A DNA stretch of 42,525 nucleotides. Origin: Psychrobacter sp. (GTDB lineage Bacteria > Pseudomonadota > Gammaproteobacteria > Pseudomonadales > Moraxellaceae). The position numbers were made by a program, and so were the translations under genes. The stretch covers positions 1-42,525 of the forward strand of contig NZ_JAKDUI010000001.1 in the NCBI RefSeq assembly GCF_030457785.1, in the 5' to 3' direction. Positions within the stretch are counted from its first letter, which is position 1. Each line of letters opens with the position of its first letter. This document shows, one piece after another, positions 27,819 to 38,300 of the stretch. The notes below the pieces were generated by a model. The model was given only the letters and a program-made list of their open reading frames with translations. It ran no database searches and was not told where the DNA came from.

Positions 27819-30800
27819 ATGCGTTTAAAATCCCTCAAGCTGGCAGGTTTTAAGTCCTTTGCCAATCCTACTACTTTTACCTTCCGACATGGCATCACGG
27901 CCATCGTCGGACCGAACGGCTGTGGCAAATCAAATGTCATTGATGCTATCCGTTGGGTACTGGGTGAGACTTCTGCCAAGCAGTTGCGTGGCGGGGCTAT
28001 GAGCGATGTGATTTTCGCAGGCACCCAAGACAAGACTGCTAAGAGCGTTGCCAGTGTTGAGTTGACCTTTGAGCATACGCAAGACGAGCAGACCGGCATT
28101 CGCCATGAGTTTAATCTGTATCATGAGCTGTCTGTCCGCCGACAAGTGAATAAAGACGGTCGTTCTGATTATTTTATCAACGGCACGCGTTGCCGTCGAC
28201 GCGATGTGGTCGATGTGTTTCTGGGCACGGGGCTAGGCGCGCGAAGTTATGCAGTCATTGAACAAGGCATGATTGGGCGTATCGTCGATTCTAGCCCCAT
28301 GCAGCTGCGGGAGTTTATTGAAGAGGCAGCAGGGGTGTCGCGCTATCAAGCGCGCCGTGAAGAAACTCAAAAAAAGCTCGAGAAAACCCAAGAAAACCTA
28401 GCGCGTCTGCATGATATGCAGAGTGAGCTGGTCAGCCAACAAAAGCGATTGTCCAAACAAGCAGCCAGTGCGCAGCGCTATGAAGAACTGACCGCCTCCG
28501 TGGCTGATATCAAGCAGCAGCTAGCCATTCAGCAGTTATACCAAGCCAAGCATACCCAGCAGCAGACCAAGATCGCTCATGAGCGTAGTGCTGCTGTTGT
28601 GGCAGATCTGCAAGCTCGCTATGAAGAAATAAAAGCCAAGCAAGATAAGCTAGCGGCTCACATCAACCAAGAGCAATGGCTCAAAGATGATGCTCAGAGC
28701 TCTCATTATCAGCAGCAGTTAAGCTATCAAAAAGCCGAACATGAGCTGAGAGATGCCAAGTCGCAGCTGACAACCATTCAGCAGCAGTTAACCGATATTG
28801 CACAGCAGCATGAGCAAACGAGCGCTGAAATTGATCGGTTGAAGGGAGAGCAAACAGCGCAGCAAGAGATACTAGCAGAGATGCGACCGCAGCTGGCTGA
28901 ACTGGCCGATAAACGTGAGGCACACCAAAGCAATGAAAAACCATTGCAGCGTGCATGGCATGAAGCGCAAAATCAACTGTCGCGGTTGCAAGAGAACGCT
29001 CGAAGTTTTGAGCAGCAGCACGCTATCAATCGCCAAGCGCACAAGCAACATCAGCACAATCATGATAAATGGCAGCGCCGTCAGAAACAGTGGGATAGCT
29101 TGTGGCAGCAATTACAGCAGTCCATATTACCGACTAATGACGCAGTCACACTAGAGCTATCGGGCGCAAAAGAGGTATCGAGCGCACAAGATTTGCAGCA
29201 GATATTGACATCGAAAACTGCTGAGCTGAACACCCAACTGCAGCAGACCACGCGCCAACAAGACAGCGTTGATGAGCGACTGTCAGATTTGCGACCGCAG
29301 GCACAGGAGCTACAAAATCGCTTGATGGTGGGGCAGCGCGAGTTGCATGAAGATGAAAAACGCCATGCGGTATTGGCAGCTGAGTACGATACGTTGCATC
29401 AGTTATTACACCCAAAGCCGACGGCACAAATGCAATCGCAAGCCGCTACCAGTGCCGCTGATGATCGAGGTCAGGAGGTGGTTAATAATGGCGTGAGCGA
29501 TGTTGGTACGGAAAATGACGTCATAAACAGTATTGCAAATAACAACAATCAATTGACCGTTAGTACCTTGCGTGAGCAGATTGAACTGAGCGAAAGCGGA
29601 AAAAGACACGCTGAATTGCTTGATAGCATATTGGCGTTATGGCTCGATAGCCATGTGTTGCTAGCCAGTCAAGCAAGCAGTGGTTTCGAAAATAATGATG
29701 CCAAAAGCAATGATGTCCAGAGCAGCGATAGCACAAACAATGACACTCAGAAGCCAGATAGTTTATGGCAGGTGTTAGAACATAGCATCGCAGACCTACT
29801 AACTTATCAAACTACCCAAAACGAAAATAGCAGTCATGATCATCACGACAACCTAAAATCATCCGTACAGATGGGTCATAGTTTGTGGTTAACGAGCAAG
29901 CAAAGCGATTGTGATGAGCAATCTTTCGTCAGCACATTACCAGATACCCTGACTGATACTTTGTTGCCATTATCGCAACTGATTACCGCACCTGCCTTGG
30001 CGTTGTGGCAGCAATGTTATGTATATGTGGTTCAATCCGAGACGTTAGATCAGCAAACATGGGAAACGCTTACGACTGCGCTAAAGCAGTTGCCGGCATC
30101 CGCTATTTTGTGCACGTCTAACGGTTGGCTTATCAGTCGTCAAGGTACGATACATTTGGGTAAATTTGCTAGCGCCCAAGATGGAGAGGGTGGAGAAAAC
30201 AGCCATAATAACCAGTTTTTAACGCAGCGTTTGCAGCAGCGCAATCGTTTGGCATCATTAGAATCGTTGCTTGATGAGTGTGAGGTTAAGATATCAGAGC
30301 AGCAGAAGACGCTTGCTAAGCAGCAACGAGAGTACGATGCATTGGCGGTCAGTCTAGAAGAATTACAAGCCCAAAATGAGCAGCTCACTCGTGAAAAACA
30401 TCGATGTCAGCAAGCGCTTAACAGCCAGCTTGCTCGTGCTGAACGGCTACAAGCCGATGGTCAGCGTTTAAACGCTGATAAAACAGAACTGGAGCAAGAG
30501 CAAAAAGAGCTCAATCGAGAGCTGCAAGCGCTGAAGGACGAGCAGCAGCATATTCAACAAGAAATAGCCGCGCTGACACCCAAGATAGCCGATACTCGGG
30601 CCGTGACTCAACAACTACAAGCTGAGCGCAATGAGCTGAGCAAGGCACGGCAAGCAGATGATGATGCTTGGCAAGCCTTGCAGCTGCGTATACAACAGCA
30701 CGAGATGCGTATTGAGCACAGCGTTAGCAGCCTAGCAAGAGCAGCTGAGCAACATAACAAGTCATTGCAAACTGAGCAAAAGCTGCAAGCCAGCCATGAG

Positions 30801-31877
30801 GAACAGCAACATAAATTACCAGCACTCAGCTCAGCGCTACAGACTGCTGAAACTGAACGCGATGAGCAACAACATCGACTGCTAGAACGTGAGTCGGTAC
30901 TGACAGAGCTCAAGCAAAAATATGCTCAGCAGCAGACTGGGCTAGATACACAGCAACACACCCTCAATGCTAAACAAGGTGAGCTTGCTTGCCACGCCAC
31001 TGATTTGGCGCTAAGTACCTCACGATTGGATGATGCCAGTAGTCAAGCGCAAGATGCATTAGACGCATATCATGCTATCAGTCATAAGGATGATAAAGGT
31101 ACCCAAACAGCGCAGCCAGTATTGAGTGTTTCAAGCTTATTGACTGATTTTATCGCGTATGATCGCCGTGTGCGCCCTGACAAAATAGCCGAGCTTGAGA
31201 GAGAGCAGGCCAAGCTAGAGCAGCAACTGAATAACATTGGCGCAGTGAATCTGGCAGCTGTGGCAGAGTTGGCAGAGGTGAATGAACGTTTAGAACCGCT
31301 TGCGCAGCAGACGGCAGATATCACCGATAGTATGGAGACGTTGCTCCAAGCCATTGCGTCTATCGATGAAACGACGAAAATGCTGTTTTTACAGACATTG
31401 GAGGCAGTCAATGTTGAGCTTGCTAACTTGTTTGCCAAAGTTTTTGGCGGTGGTCAAGCCAGTTTAACGTTAAATGTAGATGACGCTGCAGATGATACGC
31501 CTACATCAGAGCAATGGCGGGCTGGGCTGACATTGATGGCACAGCCAAAAGGCAAGCGTAACAGTCGTCTCGCTGTACTGTCTGGCGGTGAGAAGACACT
31601 GACAGCACTGAGCTTGATTTTTGCGATATTTAAGCAACACCCAGCACCGTTTTGTGTATTAGACGAAGTCGACGCCCCACTTGATGATGCCAATGTCGCT
31701 CGTTTTACTAGTCTCATTCATGAGTTGGCAGAGGACTTGCAGTTTATCTTTATCAGTCATAATAAATTGACCATGCAGATCGCTGATGAGCTCAAAGGTA
31801 TCACGATGCCAAACGCTGGTATTTCGACTTTAGTGAGTGTTTCATTGGATGAGGCAGCACGCTATGTTGCTGATTAG
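27819..31877 (+). CDS. smc: Chromosome segregation protein SMC
   Basis: GFKSF, GPNGCGKSN, long coiled coils, LSGGEK, LDEVDAPLDDAN; smc-zipA-ligA synteny. Confidence 0.95.
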   Translation: MRLKSLKLAGFKSFANPTTFTFRHGITAIVGPNGCGKSNVIDAIRWVLGETSAKQLRGGAMSDVIFAGTQDKTAKSVASVELTFEHTQDEQTGIRHEFNLYHELSVRRQVNKDGRSDYFINGTRCRRRDVVDVFLGTGLGARSYAVIEQGMIGRIVDSSPMQLREFIEEAAGVSRYQARREETQKKLEKTQENLARLHDMQSELVSQQKRLSKQAASAQRYEELTASVADIKQQLAIQQLYQAKHTQQQTKIAHERSAAVVADLQARYEEIKAKQDKLAAHINQEQWLKDDAQSSHYQQQLSYQKAEHELRDAKSQLTTIQQQLTDIAQQHEQTSAEIDRLKGEQTAQQEILAEMRPQLAELADKREAHQSNEKPLQRAWHEAQNQLSRLQENARSFEQQHAINRQAHKQHQHNHDKWQRRQKQWDSLWQQLQQSILPTNDAVTLELSGAKEVSSAQDLQQILTSKTAELNTQLQQTTRQQDSVDERLSDLRPQAQELQNRLMVGQRELHEDEKRHAVLAAEYDTLHQLLHPKPTAQMQSQAATSAADDRGQEVVNNGVSDVGTENDVINSIANNNNQLTVSTLREQIELSESGKRHAELLDSILALWLDSHVLLASQASSGFENNDAKSNDVQSSDSTNNDTQKPDSLWQVLEHSIADLLTYQTTQNENSSHDHHDNLKSSVQMGHSLWLTSKQSDCDEQSFVSTLPDTLTDTLLPLSQLITAPALALWQQCYVYVVQSETLDQQTWETLTTALKQLPASAILCTSNGWLISRQGTIHLGKFASAQDGEGGENSHNNQFLTQRLQQRNRLASLESLLDECEVKISEQQKTLAKQQREYDALAVSLEELQAQNEQLTREKHRCQQALNSQLARAERLQADGQRLNADKTELEQEQKELNRELQALKDEQQHIQQEIAALTPKIADTRAVTQQLQAERNELSKARQADDDAWQALQLRIQQHEMRIEHSVSSLARAAEQHNKSLQTEQKLQASHEEQQHKLPALSSALQTAETERDEQQHRLLERESVLTELKQKYAQQQTGLDTQQHTLNAKQGELACHATDLALSTSRLDDASSQAQDALDAYHAISHKDDKGTQTAQPVLSVSSLLTDFIAYDRRVRPDKIAELEREQAKLEQQLNNIGAVNLAAVAELAEVNERLEPLAQQTADITDSMETLLQAIASIDETTKMLFLQTLEAVNVELANLFAKVFGGGQASLTLNVDDAADDTPTSEQWRAGLTLMAQPKGKRNSRLAVLSGGEKTLTALSLIFAIFKQHPAPFCVLDEVDAPLDDANVARFTSLIHELAEDLQFIFISHNKLTMQIADELKGITMPNAGISTLVSVSLDEAARYVAD

Positions 31878-32067
31878 TACAAATAGTACAACAGATGGCC
31901 ATTGTCAGTGGTATAGTCAACGCTGAAATGGTAACGTTACAAAACCATATCGAGCTGGTGATAGACGGTGACCATAGTGGTGACGATATTCATTAGCCGT
32001 GCTAAACTATTGCCATTTATTCACTTTTGTGTATTTTCTCTTTGTCATATATTAGGATGTATCTATC

Positions 32068-33078
32068 ATGACCGCTATTCAGTTTATCTTGATTGCCATT
32101 GCTGCATTCATCGTGCTTGCAGGGCTGTTTATGGTCATCCGTGGTTTGAAGCGCCGCAATGGTGCTTCGATGACTGAGGTCAATTATGACAAAAACGGTA
32201 TTCCAATCATACCGCGACACGAGCGTGATATCGTCGAACAACCAGAGGCAACAGAAACGGTTGCTGGTGAGACGAGCATCGGTCCTGATCGTGAGAACCT
32301 AAGCGCAGTAATGGAAAACGATAAGCTGCCTCGTACCGACGCCGACGCCAACATAGCGAAGGATGAAGACGTAGCTGATCACGATATCGGTAGTCATAAA
32401 ACCGATACAAACTATGCAGGCTGGCAAGTAGATCAGCAGCGTAGCGACGATGTGAAGTTTGCCGAAAATTCTGAGCAAATGCATATCGAACAAGAGCCCG
32501 ACGCGTTTTCCAGTCTTGTATCCGCTACAGACGGGTTAATGCCTCCGATCGATATAGCACAAGAGCAAGGCTTTGACGACAACAGCCCAATACTTGATCA
32601 GCACCTATCAGCACCTGTCGATGCCAATCAAAACAGTCCATTGATCAATGCGAAAGACAATTTAAACCTCACTATTTTACCGCACCAATACCAAGATGGC
32701 GCTGCTTCTGTCATACGGGGTCGTGATTTATTGGCGCTCGTTGACAAATATGGTCTACGCTATGGTGAGATGAATATGTTCCATCGCTACGAGGAAAAAG
32801 ACGGAACGGGTATATTGTGGTTTAGTATGATGGGGATCACGGATAGTGGTATCGCGCCTTTTGACCCGCATACTGTGGCGACTAATAACTACAACGGTCT
32901 TGTGGTGTTTTTATCCTTACCTCATCCAAAAGCTGTACGTGGTTTTGATGGTATGATGAGTATCGCTTATATGATGGCCAGCGACTTAGACGCCATTATA
33001 CTTGATGAAGAAAACCAGCCAATCACCCACGAATACAAGCAGCAGCTGCGCATCCAAGTTCGAGACTATGAAGCGTAA
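32068..33078 (+). CDS. zipA: Cell division protein ZipA
   Basis: N-terminal TM anchor plus basic residues, acidic linker, C-terminal GLRYGEMNMFHR...WFSM; position between smc and ligA. Confidence 0.85.
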   Translation: MTAIQFILIAIAAFIVLAGLFMVIRGLKRRNGASMTEVNYDKNGIPIIPRHERDIVEQPEATETVAGETSIGPDRENLSAVMENDKLPRTDADANIAKDEDVADHDIGSHKTDTNYAGWQVDQQRSDDVKFAENSEQMHIEQEPDAFSSLVSATDGLMPPIDIAQEQGFDDNSPILDQHLSAPVDANQNSPLINAKDNLNLTILPHQYQDGAASVIRGRDLLALVDKYGLRYGEMNMFHRYEEKDGTGILWFSMMGITDSGIAPFDPHTVATNNYNGLVVFLSLPHPKAVRGFDGMMSIAYMMASDLDAIILDEENQPITHEYKQQLRIQVRDYEA

Positions 33079-33337
33079 AGCTGCAAAGCTGAAGCAGATT
33101 AAAAGCTAGCATTACTACTAGGTTTGCCACTAAACGTGGATTTATTCTACTGTCCTAAAATAAATTGATCGTTTTTAATGAGCCAGATACCGCACGTATC
33201 TGGCTTTTTTGTGCGTTGAGTATGGAGAGACGATATTAAGATAAGGATAAACAGCGATTTTAAATGATTTGCCTTTTGATTTTCTGTAAATGGGTATCCG
33301 ATTATCCTGCAAACTTGTTATGATATCGGCATCTTGA

Positions 33338-35500
<2,163 letters not shown>

Positions 35501-35618
35501 AAACGTAGAGTATGAATGATAGAGTGGGTTGGTAAAAGTGAAACCCACCGATGTTGCACTCAACGGATAACTATTCTAGCTATTGAAAACTTGCTTTAAG
35601 AAACTAACTTTTTCATTT

Positions 35619-35750
35619 GGTGGTGTGTCAAAAAGTATGCTGATTAAAACTTGAACAATTTTTGAAGCCTTGAAAGCCCTATAGAATCAGAGAACTTAGC
35701 ATAGATTTCTTATTGACTTCTATCGCCAGCATACTTTTTAGAACACCACC
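35619..35750. mobile_element. 132-bp MITE with 24-bp terminal inverted repeats (IS1-family-like ends)
   Basis: Left GGTGGTGTGTCAAAAAGTATGCTG (35619-35642); right CAGCATACTTTTTAGAACACCACC (35727-35750); 21/24 match; no transposase; no flanking direct repeat. Confidence 0.85.
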
Positions 35751-36522
35751 TAAATATGCAACCTATGCAGGCTCATACTTGCCTCGTGCAAATAAATTTG
35801 CCACTCGGCCCGTAAAACAAGCTGTCATTTCTGCGTCAGCGATGAGTTTGTTGTATCCAGAAACAGAGATTTCAGGATATTCTCGCGAGCAATTTTTACT
35901 AGATCTTGTTCAAGAAGCTGTTGCAGATATTCGTAGCTGCTTTGATAACGGTGCTCATCAAGTTCAAATAGATTTCACAGAAGCTCGGCTTGCGATCAAA
36001 CTTGATCCCTCAAAGCAATTATTGCAGCAGTTCATTGATATTAATAATCAGGTTTTGTCTCATTTCACGGAAGCAGAACGGAAACGAATTGGTTTCCATA
36101 CTTGTCCTGGTGGAGATCATGATTCAACCCATAGTGCAGATGTTGAATATGGCGAGTTAATCCCGCTATTCTTGACGCTTAATTCAGATAATTTTTATAT
36201 GGAAATGGCTGGCGAAGAAAATCCTGAGAGCGCCTTAAAGATCATCGGTGATAATTTACGCCCGAATCAACGTATATATGTTGGGGTTATCGATGTCACT
36301 GACGCCCAAGTTGAGTCTGAAGAAATCGTGTGTGAGCGTGTGTTGCAGGCTGCAAAATATATTCCACTCGAACAACTGGGTACGACAGATGATTGCGGCT
36401 TCTCTCCATTTAGCGATGATGTAGCGACAAGTCGAGATACTGCTTTTGCAAAAATTTTGGCTCGGGTTAAAGGGACAAAGCTGGCATTTGATAAATTGAA
36501 TCAAACACACATAACAAGATAA
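35751..36522 (+). pseudogene. 5'-truncated cobalamin-independent methionine synthase-like (MetE C-terminal, single-barrel) gene
   Basis: VQIDFTE, HTCPGG (HxC zinc ligands), GVIDV, TDDCGF; the TTG start at 35713 lies inside the MITE and the family's N-terminal GS-x-PRP and DGE motifs are absent. Confidence 0.75.
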
Positions 36523-36585
36523 TCAACTGGACGCATGACGGTTGTTATTAGAGCATTTGTGCAGGTGATGATGTCGAGCTGCTGA

Positions 36586-36756
36586 TCAAGTAAGCGGCTC
36601 GTGCAATCCCATAGGTTGACCACTACACCAAGCGAAAAAATCAGCAGATTGTAGGAAAAACGGTAAATTGTCGCTAAACATTCCATAACTGAATAGACCT
36701 TCATAAACGTCCTGTGGGCTCAGTGAGTGATAGTGTTGATAATATGATTTAAACAT
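36586..36756 (-). pseudogene. 56-aa ORF not in the ORF track; resembles the N-terminus of an Abi/DRT-type reverse transcriptase
   Basis: AAGGA RBS then MFKSYYQHYHSLSPQDVYEGLFSYGMFSDNLPFFLQSADFFAWCSGQPMGLHEPLT*; similarity is to a recalled motif only and no RT catalytic motif is present. Confidence 0.5.
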
Positions 36757-36823
36757 CGACTTCCTTGTCTATATAAATTGTTTAGTGAAATCACTATTAG
36801 TTTAGGGAGGTAAAACCTAACTT

Positions 36824-37396
36824 CTACTTCACCATCTCACCATGCGCCTTCACATCATCTTTCTTACCATCTGGCACAATCTCAACAGGTAGCACCAAGC
36901 CTTTCGCGAACTCATCAGACAGCACATAATCATAGCGACTGGCAGCGACATCAGGTGTGGTATGGATGATCAATTTTATATCATTGCCATCGTCTAGCTC
37001 ATGTGAGACATAGGTTTCACTCAGTTGATCCAAGGTTTTAGACAGTGCCTCGTTGCTGGCCATACTCACCGTCAGATTGTGCTGAGCAGTGGCAGCGTCC
37101 ACATCGAAATACTCTGCATAATCGAGGACGTTTTGACTGTCGAGTGCAAATGGATATTGATAATCAGCTCGTTCTGCAGGCTCTTCACCACTCGCGACTA
37201 TAGACCAGTCTACTGTATCTGCATCACTCGCATTGCCAGTAGTTGTGGTCGTATTCGTCGTGCCTGCTGTTTCGGAGGATATATCAGAAGACGAATCAGA
37301 AGTTTGGTTTGTCGTTTCAGTACTGTTATCGCATCCTGTTAGCGCCCAAATACCGGCAGTGGTGATTACTAGTAGATTCATTAAGCGCTTACGCAT
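36824..37396 (-). CDS. Hypothetical lipoprotein with Ser/Thr-rich linker
   Basis: Basic N-terminus, hydrophobic stretch, LTGC lipobox; GAGGA RBS. Confidence 0.8.
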   Translation of the reverse strand: MRKRLMNLLVITTAGIWALTGCDNSTETTNQTSDSSSDISSETAGTTNTTTTTGNASDADTVDWSIVASGEEPAERADYQYPFALDSQNVLDYAEYFDVDAATAQHNLTVSMASNEALSKTLDQLSETYVSHELDDGNDIKLIIHTTPDVAASRYDYVLSDEFAKGLVLPVEIVPDGKKDDVKAHGEMVK

Positions 37397-37558
37397 CGAG
37401 TTATCCTCTGTCTCATTGGTTATAAGTTTTTTGTCTCAGCACTATTTTGACAGTTTTTGTGCTGCTTCTCTAGGGAAGTAGAGTAAGCAAGCGCCTATGT
37501 GGCGCAATTTCATCATAACAAGAGTGGCGGGGCAGTTATTGTGTACCTAACAAGCATA

Positions 37559-37588
37559 AAAAAAACAGCCACCAAATGATGACTGTTT
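37559..37588 (-). terminator. Rho-independent terminator
   Basis: Minus strand AAACAGTCATCA-TT-TGGTGGCTGTTT followed by T tract. Confidence 0.75.
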
Positions 37589-37627
37589 GATATTGCATGT
37601 GGCTAGCATTTGTTAATCGTTAGTCTG

Positions 37628-38059
37628 CTAGATGTCACGGCTGTTTCGGCAAGTGACATTGTATTCTGTGCCACTCGCCCATTTCATAGCCAAGACAGCT
37701 TCGTTACCTTTCATGTGCCACGCGTAAACGACTTCTGGGTTTGAGTTGTTGGTATAACTTGCTACCTCACCGTTGACTTGACCATTCAATATGATGGCTT
37801 GTTTATCCCATTCCACTGCAGGAAGGGTAGCATTAAGCATGACTTGTTGTTTGTTGATAGATTGTTTTGCCATGACCATACTGTCATCAGTACAAGTGTA
37901 CGGCGTTGGCGCCATACGATCGTACGCAGCAGATGGTTGTTCTGTAGCAGGGGTATCGGTAGTAGTGCTTGTTTCTGGTGTGGTCGGTGCTGTGGTGGCA
38001 CAGGCGCTCAATAGAGCAAGGGCTGGTAGTGCAGTTGCAATCTTAGTGATGGTTTTCAT
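37628..38059 (-). CDS. Lipoprotein, possibly MliC/ACP-like lysozyme-inhibitor fold
   Basis: LSAC lipobox; YTC...WHMKGNEA...VTC pattern; GGAG RBS before ATG 38059. Confidence 0.7.
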   Translation of the reverse strand: MKTITKIATALPALALLSACATTAPTTPETSTTTDTPATEQPSAAYDRMAPTPYTCTDDSMVMAKQSINKQQVMLNATLPAVEWDKQAIILNGQVNGEVASYTNNSNPEVVYAWHMKGNEAVLAMKWASGTEYNVTCRNSRDI

Positions 38060-38300
38060 GGTTTTCTCCAGAACTGTCAAATGAATTTGTTTACTTATTC
38101 TTAATAGCTTATTTAGTGCATGGTAGATATTTTAGCAAAACAATTCCCGGCAGTGTTAGACATTGTTTGTTACTTTTTTTACCCTGTCACTGAATAAAGT
38201 AACTTAATTAACGTTTAAGATTAACGTCTAAGCACATCGACAGAGGATGTGCTTATTATTTGCTACCTTACTTATAGCTATCTTACTTGTATTTGTGAGC

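Noticed and set aside
35598-35618. Left MITE flank reading KKLTFSF as the upstream continuation of the MetE-like gene
   Set aside because: No start or RBS, no room for the missing N-terminus after ligA, and no target duplication; probably coincidental.
36553-36593. Plus-strand SICAGDDVELLIK* as a possible C-terminal gene remnant
   Set aside because: Too short to assign and preceded by an in-frame stop.
36501-36704. 67-aa minus-strand ORF from the track
   Set aside because: It is an alternative frame over the RBS-supported 36586-36756 ORF and overlaps the end of the MetE-like gene.
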